Shown in pieces: positions 31,511-39,242 of a DNA stretch of 43,570 nucleotides (its first letter is position 1; every line of letters begins with the position of its first letter). Where the stretch lies: IMG/VR virus record IMGVR_UViG_3300027852_000016, positions 1-43,570 of that record. The stretch is one strand, 5' to 3'. Origin of the DNA: a virus. Under the pieces are notes generated by a model, which saw only the letters and a program-made list of their open reading frames with translations, ran no database searches and was not told the DNA's origin. The position numbers were made by a program, and so were the translations under genes.

Positions 31511-33417
31511 TGAAGAACGAATCAGTAGAAAGGATGAAGAAGAGCCTCAAGAAGAACGACAAAGATGAACTCTGGTTCACTGTTCTTGAGAACTTCAACG
31601 CAGGTGCATCTTCAAGATTACCATACGAACGTAAGTGGTTGATTAACCTTGCCTTTGTTGCTGGTAGGCAGTATAGTTTCTTTAATAGCTCTGCTAATCA
31701 ACTCCAACAGGCAGCACTTAGAAAGGGTAGATTGAAGATTGTTGATAATAAATTGTTACCATATTACAGGAAGCAAGTATCGCGGTTAATTAGGAACACT
31801 CCAACGATGTCTGTTGTACCAAACTCAAACAGCCAGGATGATATTGAAGCAGCAAGAACAGCAGAGAAAGTTCTTAAGTCTTTCTGGGGGCAAGCTAGAA
31901 TGAAGAAGAAGATGAGACAGTTAGCAGGTTTTATCTATACTTGTGGTAATGCTTTCCTGGATGATAGATGGGATCCAAAGAAAGGCTCTACAGATCTTGA
32001 TGTTGAGACTGGTGAGATAAAGTATTCAGGCGATGTTGATTGTGGTGTATGGTCTCCGTTTGATATATATATTCCAGCGTATGGACTTGGAGATGATAGT
32101 CTACATGAACAACCGTGGATAATTAAAGCTAAGTTCAGGTCTCTTGATTATATTAGGAGTAGGTTTAAACGAGGAAAGGAGGTTGCGGCAGAAAGGAGAG
32201 AGGATAAGATAGTCAACGCTGAAATGTTGCTAGCTGGTGGTACCGGTAAGACTGGAAGTGATATAGACGGTGCTATGGTTATGGAGATGGATCTCAAGCC
32301 AAACCATGAACACACAAAAGGTTTACATATTATAGCAGCCAATGGAGTAATACTTCATAAGAGTGATTATCCTTTCAACCATTACCATATAGAACATTTT
32401 AAAGATCAAGAAATCCCAGGAGTCTTCTGGGGTATGGCAACCCTCGAAGCTGGTATTTGGTTACAGAAACTATGGAATAGACAAATCTCTGATATTGTTG
32501 AGTTTAATAGATCGATGGCTAGGGGTAAATACCTTGTTCCAAGGAAAAGTAAAATGGAAGTTGGCCCAGATGACAGTCATGGTCAAACGTTACTGTACAC
32601 TCCAGTCATGGGACATAAGCCTGAACAGATGAGGTTATCATCGTTACCTAGAACATATGATCTAGCTCTACAACAAATAGCCCAGAGCTTAATGGGGTTG
32701 TTCGATCAACATGAAGTATCTCAAGGAACAAATAAATCTGACATTCGATCAGGAGACATGGTTCAATTATTACTAGAGCAGGACTCTTACGGTGTTATAC
32801 CCACTCACGCTATCTTCGAAGAAGCTCTTGAAGAGGTAATGAAGAGAGTATTGAGGCGTATCCAGAAAGGGTACATCTTGGATAGAATGATTAAGATCGT
32901 AGGTAGGGATAATGATTATGAGGTAATGGCTTTTAAGGGTGCTGACCTTAGAGATAATACGGATGTTATAATAAGGAAAGGGAGTTCACTTCCTGACTCA
33001 AGGGCTGGTAGACAGGCTCAGATAATCCAAAGATACAGGGAAGAGCTATACGGAGAAAGGAGGGATCCTGAAGTTCGCAGGCATGTAATGAATATGTTAG
33101 ATGATGCATCTGTTAAGGATATTTACTCGGAGGTAAAGCTAGATGAGCAAAATGCTAAACTTGAAAATAGGGCAATCGCTTCGCAACCTGGTGCAAAAGT
33201 CATTATTAATCTGTATGACAATCATGCTGTGCATATGCGAACTCATACACTATTTGAAAAATCTAGGGAAGTCCAAAGGGTCAAAGTAGAGAACCCAAGA
33301 GCTTTCAAGACCTTCTCGGCCGACATGGGCTACCATAAACAGATGCACCAGAAAATACTACAGGAAGAGATGGAACAACAAATGGCTCAACAACAAGCTA
33401 TGGAGGGTAAGAGATAA
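31510..33417 (+). CDS. portal protein (635 aa from ATG 31510)
   Basis: Size, acidic/basic C-terminus, and position between the terminase and scaffold/capsid genes. TAATG overlap with the previous gene. Confidence 0.6.
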   Translation: MKNESVERMKKSLKKNDKDELWFTVLENFNAGASSRLPYERKWLINLAFVAGRQYSFFNSSANQLQQAALRKGRLKIVDNKLLPYYRKQVSRLIRNTPTMSVVPNSNSQDDIEAARTAEKVLKSFWGQARMKKKMRQLAGFIYTCGNAFLDDRWDPKKGSTDLDVETGEIKYSGDVDCGVWSPFDIYIPAYGLGDDSLHEQPWIIKAKFRSLDYIRSRFKRGKEVAAERREDKIVNAEMLLAGGTGKTGSDIDGAMVMEMDLKPNHEHTKGLHIIAANGVILHKSDYPFNHYHIEHFKDQEIPGVFWGMATLEAGIWLQKLWNRQISDIVEFNRSMARGKYLVPRKSKMEVGPDDSHGQTLLYTPVMGHKPEQMRLSSLPRTYDLALQQIAQSLMGLFDQHEVSQGTNKSDIRSGDMVQLLLEQDSYGVIPTHAIFEEALEEVMKRVLRRIQKGYILDRMIKIVGRDNDYEVMAFKGADLRDNTDVIIRKGSSLPDSRAGRQAQIIQRYREELYGERRDPEVRRHVMNMLDDASVKDIYSEVKLDEQNAKLENRAIASQPGAKVIINLYDNHAVHMRTHTLFEKSREVQRVKVENPRAFKTFSADMGYHKQMHQKILQEEMEQQMAQQQAMEGKR

Positions 33418-33418
33418 T

Positions 33419-33628
33419 ATGGTTCTTGCTTCAACAGCATTTAGTAAAGAAGAAATAAATTGGATAGTCTTCAAGTACCTTTCAGTTATACCTGATGACA
33501 GGGTAACAAATGCAAATAAGGAATTAGCTATGCTGGCTTTATTGAGAGAACAAGGTCTCCCAGGAAAAGATATACCTGAATTTAAGTTCGATGAATACGG
33601 AAATGTCACAATAACATTAAGAGGATAA
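33419..33628 (+). CDS. hypothetical protein (69 aa)
   Basis: Track ORF. Confidence 0.6.
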   Translation: MVLASTAFSKEEINWIVFKYLSVIPDDRVTNANKELAMLALLREQGLPGKDIPEFKFDEYGNVTITLRG

Positions 33629-33629
33629 T

Positions 33630-33902
33630 ATGGATAAAAGCATTGAGACTTTATGGAACATGTTCGTTGAAGAGATGAGGAATGCTGAAGGTGTTTGGAC
33701 TATGTATCAAAGGGAGATTCAAGCAAGGACTAATGAAGATATTGAATGTAATCATGAGACTGAGATGCAGAAAGTTGTAGCTCATACTCGTGGTTTAACT
33801 TTTAAACATATGTTGGAAAGCTTTACGTTAATGGCAATAGAAGCTGGTGGATCTGATGGTATGCTGGTTTTCGAGGGCGATAAAATAGAAGATGGAGATT
33901 AA
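33630..33902 (+). CDS. hypothetical protein (90 aa)
   Basis: Track ORF. Confidence 0.6.
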   Translation: MDKSIETLWNMFVEEMRNAEGVWTMYQREIQARTNEDIECNHETEMQKVVAHTRGLTFKHMLESFTLMAIEAGGSDGMLVFEGDKIEDGD

Positions 33903-33903
33903 G

Positions 33904-34704
33904 ATGTCAGAAGAAAACAACAAAGAAGTAGCAGGTGTTGAGCTTACAGTTAATGGAGAAGCACAAACATTCTCCCAAGAAGAAGTTCAACAGTTAGTAG
34001 ATCAAGGGAATAGTAAAGCAGCAGAAGCTGACAAGATAATGAATATGGTATCTAAGTATGATACTGATGTCGATACATTTCTAGCTAATGTAGATGGTTC
34101 ATTCTCCGCGGTATCTAACTTAATCTCTGAGGGTATTATAGATGAGAAAGGTCAGATAATCAAGAGAGAGCCAGCAGTGCAACCACAAAGACAGCCTCTA
34201 ACAAGCCTAGGTGAAACAAGACCTTCAACAGGTAATGTTCAACAGGGAAATCAAGAGTCAGTCGATGATGTGGTAGCGAGGGCCTTAGTAGGTATTAATT
34301 CCAAACTACAAGAGATTGATAAAACACAAACCGATATTATCAGAAACAATCTCCAGGGAGAGATCAAGGCTAAGTTTCCTAACTTAGATGATAATGATGT
34401 CTCTCAAGTATTTGGATCAGCCATGAGCGATAAGCGCAAATCGCTATGGGAACATGCCGAGGGCTTTAGTCAGGCAAAGGTTGGTAATGCGAATAAACAG
34501 GAACTTGCCTTTGCAAAGAAATATAATATAGATATTGAGAAGTTTAACGAAAACAAGATCTTTGGCGAGGATCCAAGTGGTGGTGCTACAGCGATCAGAG
34601 GGCAGAATAAAATGTCATTTAAACGTGGAGAAGGAAAAATGACACCTATGCAAGCTACACTTGAATTAATGAACAAAGTATCTTCAACTAGAAAGGAAAG
34701 CTAA
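33904..34704 (+). CDS. scaffolding protein candidate (266 aa from ATG 33904)
   Basis: Acidic, Q/E/K-rich and helix-prone. Lies directly upstream of the capsid gene. Confidence 0.45.
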   Translation: MSEENNKEVAGVELTVNGEAQTFSQEEVQQLVDQGNSKAAEADKIMNMVSKYDTDVDTFLANVDGSFSAVSNLISEGIIDEKGQIIKREPAVQPQRQPLTSLGETRPSTGNVQQGNQESVDDVVARALVGINSKLQEIDKTQTDIIRNNLQGEIKAKFPNLDDNDVSQVFGSAMSDKRKSLWEHAEGFSQAKVGNANKQELAFAKKYNIDIEKFNENKIFGEDPSGGATAIRGQNKMSFKRGEGKMTPMQATLELMNKVSSTRKES

Positions 34705-34706
34705 TA

Positions 34707-36059
34707 ATGGCTGATGCAACATTAACAACTTATGACGAAGCTTTAAGGACTTACTATCTTGATGCCTTAAGAGAAGAGAATAATAACGAGAATATCCTGT
34801 CTGCATTCATCGAGAAGAACACGACTGCAGTCTCAGGTAACGAAGCTGTGTTTGATGTACACTACGGAAGGTCTACTGGATCAGGTTCCAGGAATGAAGG
34901 CGATGCGTTGCCTACTGCGAACTATCAGAAATATAAAACCGTGTCCATCCCGATGAGACAACATTATGGCCAGATCAAATTGTCCGGTATAGGTGTAGCA
35001 GCAACTAGAGATGCTAAAGGTTCTGCTGTTAGAATGCTGGATTCTGAAGTCAAGGGTATCTCTAACGATATTAAGAAAGAAACTAACCGTATGATGTGGG
35101 GTGCTGGTTATGGTACGCTAGCCAGATGGAGGTCTACTGTAGGTGATACATCCTATACACTTCAAAAGAAATATCGCGGTAATGCTACTGGTGGTGATGG
35201 CTTTGGTTCTACCTTTGGTGGTAAATATATGGAAGAACGAGGCGATGCTGTTCCAGTTGTTGGTGCTACCTTTGGTGGTGCTGCTACTTATACTGTAGGC
35301 ACGACTGATATGGATGTATCAGCTATCAGTGAAGCTGCTGATGGAACTTATGATACTATTACTTGTACCAATCCTGCTGTAGTTGAAGTTGCTGGTACTT
35401 TCTATATCCGACCTGCAAGTCTAGGCGCTCAGAGTACTGGTGCGAATCGTAAAGAAATGATGGGTCTCAGAGGTCTTGTAACCGACACCAATATCGATGA
35501 CATCGTACTTACTGATGGTACTGATGCTGGTGGTGATTCTACTGATTCCCTCCAGGGTCTTGATGTAGATACTTACTCTTGGTGGAAATCAATTGTAGAT
35601 GCTCACAGCTCAGGCCGTTACGCTGGACAGAGAGCTTTGACTGAGAACATGATGCAGAAAATGTTTGATAAGGTTGAAGATGCTGCTGGTAAAGGTGTTG
35701 GCCCTGACATGATTATAACGACTAAAGCACTTAAACGTGAACTGATTGAGATTAGACGTGCTGATAGGCGCTTCTTTGCTCATATGGATCTTAAGTGTGG
35801 TCACTCTGGTATCGACTTCAATGGCGTACCTTTAGTGACTGATCCTGATGCGATTGACGGTGAGATATATTTCCTTACTTTAAGCGACTTTGCGATATTC
35901 TTTATGTCAGATTACGATTGGATGTCAGAGAATGGTTCTATCTTACGACCAGTATCTGGATATGATCAGTATGAAGCAACCCTGTTCCGTTATGCTGAGA
36001 TGGGTTGTTACAACCGGAGTCACCAGGGTGTTATTTGTGACCTTAGTTACTCTAACTAA
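34707..36059 (+). CDS. major capsid protein candidate (450 aa)
   Basis: Follows the scaffold-like gene. Gly/Ala/Thr-rich. Followed by a strongly structured intergenic region, as is common after highly expressed capsid genes. Confidence 0.6.
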   Translation: MADATLTTYDEALRTYYLDALREENNNENILSAFIEKNTTAVSGNEAVFDVHYGRSTGSGSRNEGDALPTANYQKYKTVSIPMRQHYGQIKLSGIGVAATRDAKGSAVRMLDSEVKGISNDIKKETNRMMWGAGYGTLARWRSTVGDTSYTLQKKYRGNATGGDGFGSTFGGKYMEERGDAVPVVGATFGGAATYTVGTTDMDVSAISEAADGTYDTITCTNPAVVEVAGTFYIRPASLGAQSTGANRKEMMGLRGLVTDTNIDDIVLTDGTDAGGDSTDSLQGLDVDTYSWWKSIVDAHSSGRYAGQRALTENMMQKMFDKVEDAAGKGVGPDMIITTKALKRELIEIRRADRRFFAHMDLKCGHSGIDFNGVPLVTDPDAIDGEIYFLTLSDFAIFFMSDYDWMSENGSILRPVSGYDQYEATLFRYAEMGCYNRSHQGVICDLSYSN

Positions 36060-36075
36060 AACCCAGTATCCTTTT

Positions 36076-36149
36076 GAGGTAGGTGGGATAGTAACCTTTT
36101 AGGTTACATCCCTATAGCGACTTTTCAGTCGCAGGATGTTTTCTACCTC
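36076..36149 (+). terminator. multi-helix RNA structure after the capsid gene (terminator, attenuator or stabiliser)
   Basis: Outer helix GAGGTAG (36076-36082) pairs with CTACCTC (36143-36149). Nested hairpins are GTAACC/GGTTAC (36091-36107) and ATCC..GCGAC-ttttca-GTCGC..GGAT (36108-36137), followed by gTTTT. Confidence 0.5.
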
Positions 36150-36188
36150 ATTAGGGGTAAACTATTCACAAATATAAAGGAATATAAA

Positions 36189-37151
36189 ATGATAAAAGCA
36201 AGAAACTTAGATCCAAGTATTAGACGAATCATTGAGGGCATGGGCGTTGCTGGTGTTTCAGATATACATTACGTTGCAACGGTTGCTGGCAATACTCATG
36301 AGTTCCTTGATGGTAAAGTCGAATCAGACAAACTACATCCTACTATCGGTGATGCTTATGTTAATGTAGAAAGTGGTCGTAACGATACTATCTTATTATC
36401 TCCTGATAGTCATTCACAAGCCGCTGCTTTAACCTTTGATAAGAACATGACCCACCTCGTTGGTATGTATCCAGATGCAGCTATGAACCACAGAGCACGT
36501 ATTGGGCATAGTGATGACTTCGATGCTCTAATTACTGTAAGTGGTTATGGCAATCTATTCTCCAATATCTATACGATGCATGGCAGGGGCAGTGCAACTA
36601 ACCTCCATAATCTAGAAGTTACTGGTGATAGGAATACATTCAAGAAATGTCATTTCGGTGGGCCGATGAATGCTACCGAATCTGGAACTGCTGGTTATTC
36701 TACTATCGAGCTAACTGGTGCTAAGGAAACTTTATTCGAGGATTGTACGTTAGGAATTGAAACGATAGCCAGATCAGCGGCTAACTCTGTAATCAGGGTT
36801 GGTACTGATTCAAGCAGGAATATCTTCAAGGGCTGTAAAATCCTTTCCATGTCAAGCGCAACCACACCTTACTATGTGGAGATTGGTTCATCAGTTACCT
36901 ACGGATGGACGATGTTTGAAGATTGTATCTTTATCAATAACTCTTCTTCGTGGACATCAAATCTGGCACTCGGTGTTAAGTTTGGGCCAGCTACAACTGC
37001 TCATAGAGTCTTCTTTAAAAATTGTCAGATGTATAATATAACAGATGTAACCGACAATACAAAAGAGGCCGGTGTTTTATTGAACACTGTATGGTCAGCA
37101 GCCGATGCAGCGCATATCGGATTACCAATATCTCCAGATCACACTGCTTAA
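36189..37151 (+). CDS. right-handed parallel beta-helix (pectin-lyase-fold-like) protein (320 aa)
   Basis: Repeating turns with the pattern ...N.F..C.F/I...: NTFKKCHFGG, TLFEDCTLGI, NIFKGCKILS, TMFEDCIFIN, VFFKNCQMYN. Confidence 0.5.
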   Translation: MIKARNLDPSIRRIIEGMGVAGVSDIHYVATVAGNTHEFLDGKVESDKLHPTIGDAYVNVESGRNDTILLSPDSHSQAAALTFDKNMTHLVGMYPDAAMNHRARIGHSDDFDALITVSGYGNLFSNIYTMHGRGSATNLHNLEVTGDRNTFKKCHFGGPMNATESGTAGYSTIELTGAKETLFEDCTLGIETIARSAANSVIRVGTDSSRNIFKGCKILSMSSATTPYYVEIGSSVTYGWTMFEDCIFINNSSSWTSNLALGVKFGPATTAHRVFFKNCQMYNITDVTDNTKEAGVLLNTVWSAADAAHIGLPISPDHTA

Positions 37152-37161
37152 TTAACCTTTT

Positions 37162-37190
37162 TAGCTGTGTAGACCAGTTCTACATAGCTA
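37162..37190 (+). other. 12-bp perfect-plus-one-GU hairpin just after the beta-helix gene
   Basis: tagctgtgtaga-ccagt-tctacatagcta. Confidence 0.6.
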
Positions 37191-37209
37191 AATCAGACCA
37201 AATCCCACT

Positions 37210-37314
37210 AGGCTTAATATTAGCTACGTGGGTAGACTTTAGTGTATCGAGAATAGCAAGGCAAGCTTTACAGGGAGAACGTGGATTGACGATACCTTAT
37301 CTTAATCCGTTTTT
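37210..37314 (+). promoter_or_regulatory. conserved intergenic element, copy A (75-nt conserved core, then hairpin and T-run)
   Basis: 37210-37284 matches 19771-19845 at 57 of 75 positions. GGATT/AATCC hairpin at 37283-37308, followed by gTTTTT. Confidence 0.6.
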
Positions 37315-37353
37315 GAGTGAGTTTATTTTAAAAATAAAGAATGGGGCAGTTTG

Positions 37354-37869
37354 ATGGATAATAGAAGATTTAACAGTTTCAGGACAACGAACGATGGCGT
37401 AATGATCGCAGACGTTGGATTTAAGAAACAGTTACAAGCATTAGATAAAGAACTCGATGTAGTGTGGGACAATGTTGCCAACAAGTGGGAGATATGGAAA
37501 TTTAACGGACAAGGTGACAGAGTTAAGAAAAGGTTAGATTCAAGAGCAAGACACGTAATGACAGTTCAGACTCAAGACAGAACCTTCAGGGAAGTTGGAG
37601 CTGATGTACTATTAAATCTACAAAAGAATGACACCAGTAAATATTCCCTGAAAGAGATCATGGGATACTTCGATAAAATGGATGAGAACCTACAGAGAGC
37701 TAATCGGAAAAGGTTGGACGATAAACTATCTGATTGTTCAAGTGAACTGGGTTGGTATACGAGAGGACAGAGGTTTCAGGTACCTAAGCGATTTATGAAT
37801 GGGACAGTTCTCAAAACTAAGATGTCTAACAGCAAGAAACTGGAAAGGGTAATATCTAATGGATATTAA
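37354..37869 (+). CDS. hypothetical virion-module protein (171 aa from ATG 37354)
   Basis: Track ORF (TTG at 37351, ATG at 37354). Confidence 0.65.
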   Translation: MDNRRFNSFRTTNDGVMIADVGFKKQLQALDKELDVVWDNVANKWEIWKFNGQGDRVKKRLDSRARHVMTVQTQDRTFREVGADVLLNLQKNDTSKYSLKEIMGYFDKMDENLQRANRKRLDDKLSDCSSELGWYTRGQRFQVPKRFMNGTVLKTKMSNSKKLERVISNGY

Positions 37870-38188
37870 AGGGGACAAGGTCGAGAGCTACAAGCTCACT
37901 AAGGATCAAGTGAAATGGTCTAAAAAATATAAGAAATTAAAGTTAATAGAGGGGATGATAAAAAAACAGACCATGATACAAAAGCAGAAGTTTAACACGC
38001 TGCAAGAAATGTACAGCCGATTGACTCAGGAGTTTCAGGGTCTAGCACAACAGATGCCACTAGAGCAGACACATGAGATGGATAACATGGACTTTCCGCA
38101 AGAGCAACAGGAGCAACCTCCTCAGCAACAGCAGCCCCAAGATCCTCAACAGCCACCACAGCAGCCACCAGAAGAACAACGGAGATAA
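37859..38188 (+). CDS. hypothetical protein (109 aa) with Q/P-rich C-terminus
   Basis: Track ORF. ...QEQQEQPPQQQQPQDPQQPPQQPPEEQRR. Confidence 0.6.
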   Translation: MDIKGDKVESYKLTKDQVKWSKKYKKLKLIEGMIKKQTMIQKQKFNTLQEMYSRLTQEFQGLAQQMPLEQTHEMDNMDFPQEQQEQPPQQQQPQDPQQPPQQPPEEQRR

Positions 38189-38190
38189 AT

Positions 38191-38397
38191 ATGAATCTAA
38201 AACATGAATGGTCTAAAGGATCTTTTATGGTAAATATGAGATGGAACTATGCTGGAAAACAAACAATAAACTATGACCCTAGCATTGAGTTGTTTACATT
38301 TACGGTTGGTGAAGAGGTCTACACCGCGACTCGCTTAGCATGGTTCCAGAGCTATGAACATCTCACAGATTGTCGTGGAAACTTTTGTTTTGAATAG
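38191..38397 (+). CDS. hypothetical protein (68 aa)
   Basis: Track ORF. Confidence 0.6.
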   Translation: MNLKHEWSKGSFMVNMRWNYAGKQTINYDPSIELFTFTVGEEVYTATRLAWFQSYEHLTDCRGNFCFE

Positions 38398-38405
38398 GGG
38401 TAAAA

Positions 38406-39242
38406 ATGAATTGCCACCAAATGCTCGAAATGGTTAGAGAGAATATAGGTGAGGAAACCGCCTCACATTGGACTGACCTCAACTTATTGAGGAGGCTTAA
38501 CGTTAGTCAGCGAAAGGTAGCACAAATGCTTTCCATGGCTGGGGGCGGATGGTTGATTGAAAGCGTTGATGTAACACCTGTAGCCAGCTTAATATCTTAC
38601 CCAGCTAATTGCTCTAAAATTTCTTATATAGAAGTAAAAGCCACTGAGCAGGTTATACACTTCCTTCCATCTATTAAGGGTAGGTCAGTTAATAGGGATT
38701 ACAGTAGAACCGGCCTCGAGGTTTATCCTATAATGGACGGCCTCATGATTAACGAAAATGATTATACTGAAGAGGTAACTGTCTGGTATCAGAGGAGAAT
38801 CCCAGATCTACACACTTGTGGGGTATCTGATTACGCCGATGCTGGTGGAGCTACCTCTCTAACATTAACCTCGGCGCTCAACCCTATTAGGGAAGCTGAC
38901 TATTACAACGATGCGGAGATAGAGATAGTAAGCGGAACCGGATCAACGCTCAGAACTTCTATTACAGATTATACAGCAGCCGGAGTCTGCACTATTGCAA
39001 CAGGTACTTTCTCAACAGATACAGTATATGGAACAATATCAATGATACCTGAAGAGATGCATTCATATATAGTATGGGATGCTACAGTTAGTGCTTTAAT
39101 GAGACCTGGTGCAACGATGGATGAAAAAGTTATAAGTTATTATATGCAAGAAGCTAGGGATGCCAAGCAAATAGTGGAAGAATGGATTGAAAGCCGAAAT
39201 GTCGGAGCTGATGGTGTCATGTTTGGAGACTTAATATTATGA
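38406..39242 (+). CDS. tail adaptor / tail-tubular-A-position protein (278 aa), by position only
   Basis: Precedes an 818-aa gene in the same order as T7 gp11-gp12. Confidence 0.35.
   Translation: MNCHQMLEMVRENIGEETASHWTDLNLLRRLNVSQRKVAQMLSMAGGGWLIESVDVTPVASLISYPANCSKISYIEVKATEQVIHFLPSIKGRSVNRDYSRTGLEVYPIMDGLMINENDYTEEVTVWYQRRIPDLHTCGVSDYADAGGATSLTLTSALNPIREADYYNDAEIEIVSGTGSTLRTSITDYTAAGVCTIATGTFSTDTVYGTISMIPEEMHSYIVWDATVSALMRPGATMDEKVISYYMQEARDAKQIVEEWIESRNVGADGVMFGDLIL

Noticed and set aside
4766-37354. Nested or alternative-frame + strand ORFs (4766..4948, 13881..14075, 25301..25525, 35890..36102, 36799..37041, 37091..37354, 19280 start of the resolvase ORF)
   Set aside because: They are embedded in, or start inside, longer genes with recognisable motifs. 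37091..37354 covers the conserved non-coding element, whose other copy (19771) has no ORF.
37859-38188. Q/P-rich C-terminal tail (QEQQEQPPQQQQPQDPQQPPQQPPEE) as a special feature
   Set aside because: Low-complexity linkers are common in virion proteins, and nothing further can be inferred.
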